DNA of 64,000 nucleotides from an uncultured Gemmatimonadales bacterium (GCA_963783385.1 CAWANJ010000006.1:256001-320000); one strand, 5' to 3'. Counted from the stretch's first letter, positions 1 through 9,815 are shown. Notes: generated by a model from the letters alone, not told the origin. Program-made: numbers and translations.

Positions 1-262
1 GCTCGACGTCGGCGGGACGGAGCAGCCCCAGGGCGCCCGGGCCGACCAGCAGCCCCACGAGCAGGTAGCCGGTGACGCGAGACAGCCCCGCCAGCGAGGC
101 CACCTGCCCGCCGAGGAACGCCGCCAGGAGCAGGAAGCCGAGCGCCATGGCCGTGTCGCCGGGGCCGGGACCGGCCACGGCCTCGTAGCTCCGAACCACC
201 CACATGAGCCCCAGCAGCGCCGCCAGGGCGAAGGCACGTTGCGTGAGCTCGCGTCCGGCCAC
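1..262 (-). CDS. Cation:proton antiporter (CPA/Na_H_exchanger family), N-terminal part; continues beyond the window
   Basis: Manual translation gives ...MALGFLLLAAFLGGQVASLAGLSRVTGYLLVGLLVGPGALGLL (typical GYxxxGxxxGP start of CPA2 proteins). GTG at 262 with AGGAG upstream. Confidence 0.75.
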   Translation of the reverse strand, partial: MAGRELTQRAFALAALLGLMWVVRSYEAVAGPGPGDTAMALGFLLLAAFLGGQVASLAGLSRVTGYLLVGLLVGPGALGLLRPADVE

Positions 263-371
263 GTGGGATGGCTCCTGATCAGATCGGGGTGCGGATAGGG
301 TCTTGTTCGCGGGGAGATCCATCTCTAGCCTCCCCGGCGTACGCCGCCCGCCCCCGCACTGGAGGATGCCC

Positions 372-1292
372 GTGCCCGATTCCGAAGATGTTGGCTCCGG
401 TCGCCCGCTGTTCCGCGACGACCTCCTGGAGGGACGCGTGGCCCTCGTCACCGGCGGCGGCACCGGGATCGGATTCGGAATCGCGCACTGTCTGGCACGC
501 TACGGGGCGGACGTCGTTCTGGCGAGCCGCAGCCGCGATCACCTGGACCCGGCCGCCGAGGAGATTCGCCGCCGGACGGGGCGTCGCGTGCTGGCCGTGC
601 CCGCCAACGTGCGCGAGCCGGACTCGATCCGCTCGGCCGCCGATCGCGCCGCCGAGGAGATGGGAGGCCTGCACATCCTGGTCAACAACGCGGCCGGGAA
701 CTTCTACTGCCCCTCGGAGGAGCTCAGCCCCGGCGGCTGGCGAGCCGTCGTCGAGACGGACCTGTACGGGACTTTCTTCGCCTCGCAGGCCGCGTTTCCG
801 CACATGCGCGACGCGGGCTTCGGGCGCATCGTCTCGGTATCGATGACCCTCCACCATCGTGGCTGGCCGGGCATGGCCCACGCGACCGCGGCCAAGGCGG
901 GCGTGGACGCCCTCACCCGTACGCTGGCCCTGGAGTGGGGAGGCCACGGCATCACTGTGAACGCCGTGGCTCCGGGGCCCATCCCCACCGAGGGCGTGCG
1001 CAGGGCGTTCAGCGGCGGCCGCAGTGGAGACGCAGCCGGCGGCGAGGGCCGACCGGACCCCTTCGCCGGCAGTCGCCACGCGGAGGCGTACGCTCGCCGC
1101 ACCGTCCCCGTGGGCCGGCTCGGAGACCCGGCGGACATCGGGCACATGGTCACCTACCTCGCCTCCCCCGCCGGCGACTGGATCACCGGTTCCATCTTCG
1201 TCGTGGACGGAGGAGAGCGGCTGCTGCGCGGACCGCCTCCCTCCGTGCCGGGCGAGGGCCGGTCGGATCGGCCGGGCCGGACCGATCAGTAG
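372..1292 (+). CDS. SDR oxidoreductase, 2,4-dienoyl-CoA reductase-like
   Basis: TGGGTGIG, NNAAGNF, HATAAKAGV, VNAVAPGPI motifs. GGAGG at 361-365 favours the GTG start at 372. Confidence 0.85.
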   Translation: MPDSEDVGSGRPLFRDDLLEGRVALVTGGGTGIGFGIAHCLARYGADVVLASRSRDHLDPAAEEIRRRTGRRVLAVPANVREPDSIRSAADRAAEEMGGLHILVNNAAGNFYCPSEELSPGGWRAVVETDLYGTFFASQAAFPHMRDAGFGRIVSVSMTLHHRGWPGMAHATAAKAGVDALTRTLALEWGGHGITVNAVAPGPIPTEGVRRAFSGGRSGDAAGGEGRPDPFAGSRHAEAYARRTVPVGRLGDPADIGHMVTYLASPAGDWITGSIFVVDGGERLLRGPPPSVPGEGRSDRPGRTDQ

Positions 1293-2272
1293 CCGAAGCT
1301 GACGCCAGCGCTGACCACGTTGTAGGAAGACTGCGTATAGGCGGCCGTGAGCTTGACGATGAGGAAGTCGAGGCTGAAACCGGCCACCAGCCGACTGGAG
1401 TTGTCCCCCTGGTCGTGCACCGTCTCCCGGAGCCGGTCTCCGGGCAGGTTGGGGTTGTCGATCGTGTAGCGGATGGTGACGTCGGAGTGCTCGAGCTCGC
1501 CGGCCGCGAACAGGCTGAGGACCGAGAAGTCACGTCCCACGATCAGCGCCGCGTTGCGCGCCGATCCGGTGAGATAGTCTCCGACGTGAATGGACTGCAG
1601 ACCGCCCTCCACGGCGACGTCGATGGGGAAGTCGGGGAACCAGTGCGTCACCGAGTGCTTGAGCCCCACCCCGAACGATCTCACCGCGCCCAGGTCCTGG
1701 TCCACGGTGATGGAGGGCAGCCAGCGCACCGTGACCTCGTTGCCGAAGGGCAGCCCCGCCCGGGCCTGGATGACCGCCATGGGGATGGCCGGGATGTCGT
1801 AGCCGTCCGGGAAGGGCAGGGCGTAGGAGGAGGGATCCCCCCCCGCCGCGATCAGCGCCTGTCGAAAATCGCCCCGGGGATCGATCGTGACCCCCTTGCC
1901 CGGTCCCACGGCCGTCGGGGTGGCGGGTCCCGGCCCGGCGCCGTAGGGATCCCGGTACAGGCGGCCCTGGAAGGTGAGCGTGTCGGGGAGGGTCGGCCGG
2001 AACGTGTTGTCCACGTTCGGGACGAACGCGCCCATCGCGGCGATCCCCACGTCGAAGTGGAGGGGCGCGTGCACCCGTGCGCTGCGGTACCAGCTCGAGT
2101 TGAGCGAGGCCCCGAGGCCGGTGGCGACCGGGTGCAGATAGAGCCTGGCGTCCCGGGCGGCCAGCAGCTGGATGGCCTTCGACACCCCCTGGGCCCGGAG
2201 GCCGCTCGCCGCCCCAACCAGGAGGAAGAAGGCCGTCACCAGGACCTTCCGCGCCCGCCATCGTGTTCGCAT
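1286..2272 (-). CDS. DUF6588-like exported/outer-membrane protein
   Basis: Signal peptide, GxxLNSSWY and GVGLKHS segments, beta-strand-like C-terminus ending SFGY. Confidence 0.6.
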   Translation of the reverse strand: MRTRWRARKVLVTAFFLLVGAASGLRAQGVSKAIQLLAARDARLYLHPVATGLGASLNSSWYRSARVHAPLHFDVGIAAMGAFVPNVDNTFRPTLPDTLTFQGRLYRDPYGAGPGPATPTAVGPGKGVTIDPRGDFRQALIAAGGDPSSYALPFPDGYDIPAIPMAVIQARAGLPFGNEVTVRWLPSITVDQDLGAVRSFGVGLKHSVTHWFPDFPIDVAVEGGLQSIHVGDYLTGSARNAALIVGRDFSVLSLFAAGELEHSDVTIRYTIDNPNLPGDRLRETVHDQGDNSSRLVAGFSLDFLIVKLTAAYTQSSYNVVSAGVSFGY

Positions 2273-2570
2273 GCCCAACCTCGCACCTCGTCAGCCGGAC
2301 CTCCCGGTCCGGGTGCCGCGTCTCCGGACGCGCGACCCGCGTCCGCTATACCCGTGCGGCTCCCTGCCGGAACCTGGGGGGCTCCGCCGGGCGACGCCAA
2401 GGTAACGCGACGCTCGCGAGCCCGAACAGTGCTGTGGACGGGAGGAACGGGACATGCGAGTCGTCGCCGTGTATGGGGTGCTCGGAGAGGGCTTTCCGCC
2501 CCACACGCTCCGCGGCCGACCGGTCTGAGCTCGCCGCGGTGACAGATCCGCCAACGGGAGGCGACGCGCC

Positions 2571-2855
2571 ATGCCCTACACCGTCGTTCGGGAACACGTC
2601 GGCAACTACGCTCGGTGGAGGCGGGCCTTCGAGGACCACGAGGGGTCGCGCGAGGAGGCGGGCTCGCGCGGCGGGCACATCTTCCGGTCCTCGGAGGACC
2701 ACGATGAGATCGTGGTCTTCCTGGCCTGGGAGGACCTGGATCGGGCCCGGAAGTACCTGGACTCCGAGACCGTACGCGAGGAGCGGGAGGCGGGCGAGGT
2801 GGAGGGCGACCCGGACGTACTCTACCTGGAGGAACTGGGTCGACCGGCCGCCTGA
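2571..2855 (+). CDS. Small dimeric alpha/beta-barrel (ABM/cyclase-like) protein
   Basis: 94 aa with [12 protein letters not shown]...[17 protein letters not shown] pattern; GGGAGG RBS. Confidence 0.7.
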   Translation: MPYTVVREHVGNYARWRRAFEDHEGSREEAGSRGGHIFRSSEDHDEIVVFLAWEDLDRARKYLDSETVREEREAGEVEGDPDVLYLEELGRPAA

Positions 2856-2914
2856 GCGCCGGGACGTCAATGTGCGAAGATGCGCCGGGAGCGTGGCCGA
2901 TGCGTGAGGACACG

Positions 2915-3367
2915 ATGACGAACGAGCGTGGCGAGCGGGATCTCGCCGGCGTCTCCGAGGACGAGTGGAGGCGGCGGCTCACCGAGGAGCAGTTCCGCGT
3001 GACCCGAAAGGCGGGGACGGAGCGTCCCTTCACCGGCGTCTACGTGGATACCGAGACTCCTGGCGTGTACCGGTGCGTGTGCTGCGAGGCGGAGCTGTTC
3101 CGCTCGGAGACCAAGTTCCACTCCGGCTCCGGGTGGCCGAGCTTCGCCTCGCCCGCGAACCGGGCCGCCGTGACCACGAGGGAAGACGAGAGTCACGGTA
3201 TGCGCCGGACGGAGGTCCTGTGCGCCCGTTGCGGCGCGCACCTGGGACACGTCTTCCCGGACGGACCCGCGCCGACCGGGCTGCGCTATTGCGTGAACTC
3301 CGTGGCCCTCGACCTGGACGCCGACGACCCGGACTCGGGAGGCGGGTCGGCCCCGGAAGCGTCGTGA
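2915..3367 (+). CDS. msrB: Peptide-methionine (R)-S-oxide reductase MsrB
   Basis: GTERPFTG, two CxxC Zn sites, [24 protein letters not shown]. Confidence 0.97.
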   Translation: MTNERGERDLAGVSEDEWRRRLTEEQFRVTRKAGTERPFTGVYVDTETPGVYRCVCCEAELFRSETKFHSGSGWPSFASPANRAAVTTREDESHGMRRTEVLCARCGAHLGHVFPDGPAPTGLRYCVNSVALDLDADDPDSGGGSAPEAS

Positions 3368-4509
3368 GCACTGGCGACGCCGGGCCGGAATCCGCGGACG
3401 CGGGAGCCGCCGAGAGCGAGCCGGCGGCGGCCAACGGACCTCCGCTCGAGCTCCTGGACGGGGCCGTGCCCGACCCCGAGGCGCTCGTCTCCGCGCCGGA
3501 GGAGCTGTGGGCCCGCGCGGGCGATCCGCGGATTCCCCTCAAGGCACGGCTCGAGGCGTTCGAGGACCTGACCGACGCGGAGGTGGGCGATACGTCCCTG
3601 GTGCGGGCCCGCAACCTGGAGCGGGAGTTCGGCCTCCGGCAGCTCTACCTCAAGTTCGAAGGCGGGAATCCCACCGGTACGCAGAAGGACCGGATCGCCT
3701 TCGCGCAGGTCCAGGACGCGCTGCGCCTGGGCTACGAGGGCGTCACCGTGGCCTCGTGCGGCAACTACGGGGCGGCCGTGGCACTGGCGGCCTCCCTGGG
3801 AGGTCTGCGCTGCGTCGTGTTCATCCCGGAGGGTTATCGGACCCGCCGCCTGCAGGAGATCGAGGGCCGTGGAGCGGAGATCGTGCGCGTGCCCGGTGAC
3901 TACGAGACGGCGGTCGACGTATCGCGCGAGCGCGCCGCCGAGGAGGAGCTGTACGACGCCAACCCGGGTGGCGCCAACACGCCCCTGCAGCTCCGGGCCT
4001 ACGGGGAGATCGCCCGGGAGATCTTCGACGAGCTCCGGGACGCACCGGCCATCGTCGCCCTGCCGGTGTCCAACGGCACGACCCTGGCCGGCGTGTACCG
4101 CGGCTTCGCCAGCCTGTACCGGCGCGGAAAGACGTCGCGCATGCCGAAGGTGGTGGCGGGCTCCTCACCGGCGAAGAACCCGATCGTGCGCTCATTCCAG
4201 AAGGAACTGCCCACCTGCGAGGACCTGGACCCGGCCAAGGTTCGGGAGACGGCGGTCAGCGAACCCCTCATCAACTGGCACTCCTCCGACGGGGACGAGG
4301 CGCTGAAGGCGGTGCGGGCCACCGGAGGCTGGGCGGACGACGCCAGCGACCGGGAGATGATCGCCTACGCGCGGCTCGTGCGGGAGAAGGAGGGCCTCCA
4401 GGTGCTGCCGGCCTCGACCGCCGGGCTCGCCGTGCTGATCGACCGGCACCGCGAGGAGCCGCTGCCGGGCGACCGCTACGTGGCCGTGCTGACGGGGAGG
4501 CGCGCGTGA
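3364..4509 (+). CDS. Threonine synthase-like PLP-dependent enzyme (fold type II)
   Basis: [15 protein letters not shown] (PLP lysine), [23 protein letters not shown] start overlaps the msrB stop. Confidence 0.85.
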   Translation: MSTGDAGPESADAGAAESEPAAANGPPLELLDGAVPDPEALVSAPEELWARAGDPRIPLKARLEAFEDLTDAEVGDTSLVRARNLEREFGLRQLYLKFEGGNPTGTQKDRIAFAQVQDALRLGYEGVTVASCGNYGAAVALAASLGGLRCVVFIPEGYRTRRLQEIEGRGAEIVRVPGDYETAVDVSRERAAEEELYDANPGGANTPLQLRAYGEIAREIFDELRDAPAIVALPVSNGTTLAGVYRGFASLYRRGKTSRMPKVVAGSSPAKNPIVRSFQKELPTCEDLDPAKVRETAVSEPLINWHSSDGDEALKAVRATGGWADDASDREMIAYARLVREKEGLQVLPASTAGLAVLIDRHREEPLPGDRYVAVLTGRRA

Positions 4510-5609
4510 GCGAGGGAAGCTGGCCCGAGGGTCGCGCGATCGTCTTCTGCGAGGGCGCGTTCGGCACGCCTTACGGGAAGACCGCCCATGGCCTCGTGCG
4601 CCGGACGGCGCGCTACGAGATCGTGGCCGTCGTCGACTCGGCCCTGGCCGGACGCGACGCGGGCCAGACGCTGGAGGGGCGCGCCCGCGGCATCCCGGTA
4701 GTCGCCGACATCGACGCGGCGGTGGCCGACGCCCGGGCGCACGGCCGGCTCGCCACGCACCTCGTCATCGGCCTCGCGCCCGATGGAGGACGCCTTCCCC
4801 CGGAGGGCCGCGAGGCCGTCCGGCGCGCCCTCTCCCTGGGGCTGGACGTGGACTCGGGCCTGCACGACTTCCTGGGCGAGGACCCTGAGCTGGCCGCGCT
4901 CGCCGCCGAGCACGGCGCCCGCATCCGCGACGTCCGCCGGCCACCACCCCGCTCCGAGCTCCACTTCTTCAGCGGCGCGATCGAGAAGGTGGGCAGCTTC
5001 CGCGTCGCGCTCCTCGGCACGGACTCGGCCGTCGGCAAGCGCACCACCGCCTGGCTCCTGGTGGACGCGCTCCGGGAGGCCGGCCTGTCCGCCGAGCTCA
5101 TCGGGACCGGCCAGACGGCCTGGATGCAGGGAGCCCGCTACGGACTGGTGCTCGACTCGATCGTGAGCGACTTCGTCTCCGGCGAGATCGAACACGCCGT
5201 GTGCAGGGCGTGGGAGGAGCGGCATCCCCGCGTTCTGGTCCTGGAGGGGCAGGGGAGCCTCATGAATCCGGCCTACCCGGGCGGCTTCGAGCTCCTGGCG
5301 GCGGGCCGGCCGCACGCGGTCGTGCTCCAGCACGCACCGCGCAGGCTGGAGTACGACGGCTTTCCCGGTTACGCGCTCCATCCCCTGCCGCGGCAGATCC
5401 AGGCGATCGAGATCATCTCCGGCGTCCCGGTCGTGGCCGTGACCGTGAACCACGAGGGCATGGAGCCCGACGAGGTTCCCGAGGCCTGCCGGGCTATCGA
5501 GGAGGACACCGGCCTGCCGACCGTGGACGTTCTCCTGGAGGGCGCGGACCGGCTCGTGGAGGTCCTGCGGCCGCTCACCGAAGCGCACGGAGACGCCGGG
5601 GCCACGTGA
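4506..5609 (+). CDS. DUF1611 family protein (DgcN-like P-loop N-acetyltransferase family)
   Basis: GKTAHGL, SGLHDFL, GTDSAVGKRTT, GTGQT, EGQGSL motifs. Confidence 0.88.
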   Translation: MSEGSWPEGRAIVFCEGAFGTPYGKTAHGLVRRTARYEIVAVVDSALAGRDAGQTLEGRARGIPVVADIDAAVADARAHGRLATHLVIGLAPDGGRLPPEGREAVRRALSLGLDVDSGLHDFLGEDPELAALAAEHGARIRDVRRPPPRSELHFFSGAIEKVGSFRVALLGTDSAVGKRTTAWLLVDALREAGLSAELIGTGQTAWMQGARYGLVLDSIVSDFVSGEIEHAVCRAWEERHPRVLVLEGQGSLMNPAYPGGFELLAAGRPHAVVLQHAPRRLEYDGFPGYALHPLPRQIQAIEIISGVPVVAVTVNHEGMEPDEVPEACRAIEEDTGLPTVDVLLEGADRLVEVLRPLTEAHGDAGAT

Positions 5610-5640
5610 GCGCTCGGTCGGTCGGCCGGCGCGAGGCGTA

Positions 5641-7269
5641 GTGAGCGGCGACCCGCTGGCGCCGCTGCGCGCCTTCGACCGGCTCGAGGTCGGCCCCGTG
5701 CGCCTCGAGCGGCGGCGGCTGTCGGCGCCCTACACGGTCGTGCTGGGCCGACGCCGGGAGACGACAGAGCTCCTGTACCGCTACGAGGAAGACGCTTTCG
5801 AGCCGGAAGCCGCATCCGACCGCAACCTGGCCTCCCTCATCGCGGCGCAGGTGGCGCTCAACTACGGGCTGTTCGCGGACGAGATCGTCCTGCACGGACC
5901 GCTGGACGAGGCGGACCGCCGGTTCCTGGGCGCCATGGCGGAGAACACCGCCCGCGAGATCTACGTCAAGAAATTCCTCGAGCCCAACCCCTTCCTGGTG
6001 GGCGAGGCCCGGTCCCTCCCGGCGGTACGGAGAGAGCGCTTCCTGAGGGCTCGGCTGCTGTTTCCCGAGGGAGTCGAGACACCCGTTCGGGACGATGTCT
6101 GGGGAACGGGCGCAGGGGCCGCCGGGGGGAACGCCTCGGCGGCCGTCCGGAACGCCGTGCTGGCCAGCGGGGGAAAGGACAGCCTCCTGACCCAGGGCCT
6201 CCTCGAAGAGATCGGTCCCCCGCCCCTGGCCGCGTTCGTCAACGAGTCCGGACGCCACTGGTTCACGGCGATGAACGCCCATCGGCATCTGGCGGCGACC
6301 CGATCGGAGCGCACCGCTCGCGTGTGGACCAGCTCGGACCGGGTGTTCGCGTGGATGCTGGGACGACTTCCCATGGTTCGCCCCGACTTCGCGCGCGTCC
6401 GGTCGGACGAGTATCCGGTGCGGCTGTGGACGGTGGCCGTGTTCCTGTTCGGCGTGCTCCCGGTGCTCCGCCGACGTGGGGTGGAGCGCATCCTGATCGG
6501 TGACGAGTTCGACACTTCGCGCCGGCTCCATCACCGGGGGATTCCGCACTACGATGGGCTCTACGACCAGAGCGTGTGGTTCGACGCCGCCCTGACCCGC
6601 TACTACGGGCGCAAGGGCTGGCCGCTGCAGCAGCTGTCCATCCTCCGACCGCTGTCCGAGCTGCTCATCCAGGGGATCCTGGCCGCCCGTTACCCGGAGC
6701 TCCACGCCTGCCAGGTCTCCTGCCACGCCGCCCACATCGAGGATGGCCGGGTACGCCCCTGCGGCCGGTGCGAGAAGTGCCGGCGCATCGTGGGAATGCA
6801 CCTGGCCCTGGGGGCCGAACCGGCGGTATGCGGGTATACGGAGGAGCAGATCGAGGCCTGCCTGGAGGCGCTGGCGCGCCGACCCGTGCACCAGGAGGCG
6901 GCGGGCGCCGCCCACATGCTGTGGCTGCTGGAGCGCCGGGGACTGCTGCCCGGACCGGGCGGGAAGCCGGCCGCGAGGGCAGGAAGGGGCGGCGGAGCGG
7001 ACGTCCCGGCGCCCTCGGAGCATCCCGAGGTGGTCCGGCTCCGCTTCCACCCCGATCTCAGTCCTGCCGTGGGCTTGCCTCCGGACCTGCGCGAGCCCCT
7101 GTTGCGGGTCTGGCTCGAGCACGCCGAGGGAGTTTTGACGCGGCGGGGTGGGCGGTGGGAGCCCGTAGAGCCCGCCGACCTCCTGTCGGCCCTCCGTTCC
7201 CCGGACCGACAGGAGGTCGGCGGCGAGCGGGTCGACACGACGACGGACGACGAAGGGACGAAACCGTGA
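5641..7269 (+). CDS. PP-loop (adenine nucleotide alpha-hydrolase) protein with a C-terminal Cys cluster, MurL/QueC-like
   Basis: SGGKDS PP-loop; SCHAAH...PCGRCEKC Zn-type motif; N-terminal region resembles MurL by eye. Confidence 0.65.
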   Translation: MSGDPLAPLRAFDRLEVGPVRLERRRLSAPYTVVLGRRRETTELLYRYEEDAFEPEAASDRNLASLIAAQVALNYGLFADEIVLHGPLDEADRRFLGAMAENTAREIYVKKFLEPNPFLVGEARSLPAVRRERFLRARLLFPEGVETPVRDDVWGTGAGAAGGNASAAVRNAVLASGGKDSLLTQGLLEEIGPPPLAAFVNESGRHWFTAMNAHRHLAATRSERTARVWTSSDRVFAWMLGRLPMVRPDFARVRSDEYPVRLWTVAVFLFGVLPVLRRRGVERILIGDEFDTSRRLHHRGIPHYDGLYDQSVWFDAALTRYYGRKGWPLQQLSILRPLSELLIQGILAARYPELHACQVSCHAAHIEDGRVRPCGRCEKCRRIVGMHLALGAEPAVCGYTEEQIEACLEALARRPVHQEAAGAAHMLWLLERRGLLPGPGGKPAARAGRGGGADVPAPSEHPEVVRLRFHPDLSPAVGLPPDLREPLLRVWLEHAEGVLTRRGGRWEPVEPADLLSALRSPDRQEVGGERVDTTTDDEGTKP

Positions 7270-8117
7270 CCGACGAGCGGAGCTGGCGCCTGGGCGCCAT
7301 GACGTGGCGAGAAGCGGGCGAGCGGCTGCGGGCCTGCGACGTGGCCCTCCTCCCCACGGGGGCCGTCGAGCAGCACGGCCCCCACCTCCCCCTGGACACC
7401 GACCTGTTCCACGCGGAGCGCATGTGCCGGGACGTGGCCCTCGCCTGCGGCGAGCCGTTCCCGCTGGTGCTGCCGGCCATCCCGTTCGGCGTCTCGTACC
7501 ACCACGACGACTTTCCGGGGACCCTCAGCGTGAGCGCCGAGACGCTGGGCCGCTACGTGTTCGAGGTCGGCCGGGCCCTCGCCCACCAGGGGATCCACAA
7601 GCTGGTGATCGTCAACGGCCACGGCGGCAACGCCCCCGCCTTGCAGACGGCGGCGCAGCGGGTGCACCGGAAGACCGGCATGTTCGTGTGCGTGGACACG
7701 GGGGAGACGAGCGACGTGGACGTGGAGGCCCTCGCCGAGACGCCGGGCGACATCCACGCCGGGGAGATCGAGACCAGCGAGGCGCTCTACCTCCGCCCCG
7801 ACGACGTGCGGGCCGAGCGGCCCGGGCTCTCCGTGCCGCGGTTCGCGGTGGAGGCACTGGACGAGGGCGGGCCCCGATCCATTCCCTGGTTCTCTCGGAC
7901 CTCGCGCTTCTCCGCGGAGGGAGTCCTGGGCGACCCCTCCAGGGCCACGGCCGAGAAGGGGCGGCGCATGTGGGAGGTGCAGGTGGAGCGGCTGGCCGAC
8001 CTGGTCACGGGACTCCGCGGCAGGAGCCTCGAGGAGCTCCGCCTGGACGCGTCGGGAGACGGCTCGACGGCTCCGCCCGGCGGGCCCGTGCCGACGCCCA
8101 CGTCCGAGGGCCGGTGA
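7266..8117 (+). CDS. Creatininase/MftE family amidohydrolase
   Basis: EQHGPHLPLDTD, VNGHGGN, HAGEIETS. GTGA overlap with the upstream gene. Confidence 0.92.
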   Translation: MTDERSWRLGAMTWREAGERLRACDVALLPTGAVEQHGPHLPLDTDLFHAERMCRDVALACGEPFPLVLPAIPFGVSYHHDDFPGTLSVSAETLGRYVFEVGRALAHQGIHKLVIVNGHGGNAPALQTAAQRVHRKTGMFVCVDTGETSDVDVEALAETPGDIHAGEIETSEALYLRPDDVRAERPGLSVPRFAVEALDEGGPRSIPWFSRTSRFSAEGVLGDPSRATAEKGRRMWEVQVERLADLVTGLRGRSLEELRLDASGDGSTAPPGGPVPTPTSEGR

Positions 8118-9175
8118 GGATCACCCGCGTCGAGGCGTGGCGGGCCGACCTCCCGCTGCGCGAGCCCTACCGGATCGCGTACGAGACCATCGACCGCTGC
8201 GAGACCGCGTTCGTGCGGCTGGTCACCGACGGTTACGCCACCGGCGTGGGGTGCGGTACGGCCGATCCGGCCATGACGGGCGAGACGACCCGCGACACGG
8301 TCCAGGCGCTGGAGGACGTCGTCCGTCCGCTTCTCGAGGGCGAGGACCCCCTGCGGCCCGCCCACCACCTGCACCGGCTCCGCGAGCCCCTGGCCGGCCG
8401 GCCCGCCGCGCGCGCGGCCGTCGACCTGGCCCTGCACGATCTCCTCGGCCGGGCGGCCGGACTGCCGCTGTGGCGCATCCTGGGCGGCTTCCGCGAGACC
8501 ATTCCCACCAGCATCACGATCGGGATCCTGCCCGCCGACGAAACGGTGGAGCGTGCCGAGGAGCTGGTCGGCCGCGGCTTCCGCTGTCTGAAGATCAAGG
8601 GTGGCGACGATCCCGAGGTCGACGCGGAGCGGGCGCTCAGGGTCCGGGAGGCGGTGGGGCCGGACATCGAGCTCCGATTCGACGCCAACCAGGGTTACAC
8701 CGTGGAACAGGCGGTCCGCTTCGTCGAAAGGGTGCGCGGCGCGCGTCTCGAGCTCCTCGAGCAGCCGACCCCGGCCGGCGAGCCCGCGCTCCTTGGGCGA
8801 GTGACCGCGGAGGTGCCCCTCCCGGTGATGGCCGACGAGAGCCTGCGGAGCCTCCTCGACGCCTACCGCCTGGCGCACGGCGAGCTGGCCGACATGCTCA
8901 ACGTGAAGCTCCAGAAGGTGGGCGGCCTGGCCGAGGCGCTGCGCATCAACGCCGTGGCGCGCGCCGCAGGGCTGGAGGCCATGGTCGGCTGCCTGGACGA
9001 GCCCGCGCTCGGGATCGCCGCGGGCCTGGCCTTCGCCCTCGCCGTCCCCAACGTGATGTACGCGGACCTCGACGGACACCTGGACCTGGCCGAGGATCCG
9101 ACGGCCGGCGCCGTCGTTCTGGAGGACGGCCTGCTCCGACCCACCGATCTGCCGGGGCTCGGCTGGAGCGGTTGA
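8114..9175 (+). CDS. Dipeptide epimerase (enolase superfamily; L-Ala-D/L-Glu epimerase/DgcA-like)
   Basis: KIK, DANQG, EQP, DES, NVKLQKVGG, MVGC and DLDG motifs. GTGA overlap. Confidence 0.9.
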   Translation: MRITRVEAWRADLPLREPYRIAYETIDRCETAFVRLVTDGYATGVGCGTADPAMTGETTRDTVQALEDVVRPLLEGEDPLRPAHHLHRLREPLAGRPAARAAVDLALHDLLGRAAGLPLWRILGGFRETIPTSITIGILPADETVERAEELVGRGFRCLKIKGGDDPEVDAERALRVREAVGPDIELRFDANQGYTVEQAVRFVERVRGARLELLEQPTPAGEPALLGRVTAEVPLPVMADESLRSLLDAYRLAHGELADMLNVKLQKVGGLAEALRINAVARAAGLEAMVGCLDEPALGIAAGLAFALAVPNVMYADLDGHLDLAEDPTAGAVVLEDGLLRPTDLPGLGWSG

Positions 9176-9205
9176 CCGGCTCCGCGTCCCGACCGCGGAA
9201 GGGCG

Positions 9206-9727
9206 CTACTCGCCACCCATCCACAGGTCCATGGTGTCGACGTCCTGCCCCTGCAGCTTGAGGTAGTAGAACAGCTGCCCCTTGTGCTGCCCCAGGTGCC
9301 AGACGCACTCGTAGCAGTGCTGCACCAGGGCGCGCTCCTCGCCTCCCCACGGCGTCGTGCTGCGCTCGTTCAGGAGGCGGTCGTCGTCCACGTCCGCCAG
9401 GAGCTCCAGGGTCAGCGCCCGGTCCGCGGCCAGGAGCCGGAGCGCCTCGTCCACGCTCGCCACCGACGGGAGCATCTCGGCGGTGGGCATCTCCAGCTCC
9501 CCACCCGCCTCCTCCAGCGCCTCCCCATACTCGCCCCAGTCGCCCGTGAGGAACCCCCGGAGATTGGCTCCGCATGCCTCCGTGCAGTGCCTGAGCAGCT
9601 GCCCGGTGCTCATCCAATTGTGGCCGGTGGCCGGCTTCCAGGCCAGGTCGTCCACCCGGCGAAAGAGACCCTCGGCGGCCCGGTACGTGGCCCGGGCATC
9701 CTGCTGCAGGCTCTCGGACAGGCTCAT
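9206..9727 (-). CDS. DinB family protein
   Basis: MSTGQLLRHC...HLGQHKGQLFYYLKLQG His triad pattern. Confidence 0.85.
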   Translation of the reverse strand: MSLSESLQQDARATYRAAEGLFRRVDDLAWKPATGHNWMSTGQLLRHCTEACGANLRGFLTGDWGEYGEALEEAGGELEMPTAEMLPSVASVDEALRLLAADRALTLELLADVDDDRLLNERSTTPWGGEERALVQHCYECVWHLGQHKGQLFYYLKLQGQDVDTMDLWMGGE

Positions 9728-9815
9728 GGCTCGCGCTCCCGGTTCGGCGTCGACCATCCATCGACGCGTGCTCGCGTGATCCGGCCGCCCGAGGAGGCGG
9801 CCCATAGTTGACCCG

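Noticed and set aside
5641-7269. Canonical queC or a QatABCD/CBASS-type defence system
   Set aside because: No queDEF, TatD, KAP ATPase or cyclase neighbours; the context is metabolic.
7266-8117. Mycofactocin or other RiPP cluster based on the MftE-like gene
   Set aside because: No precursor peptide, RRE domain or radical SAM gene nearby.
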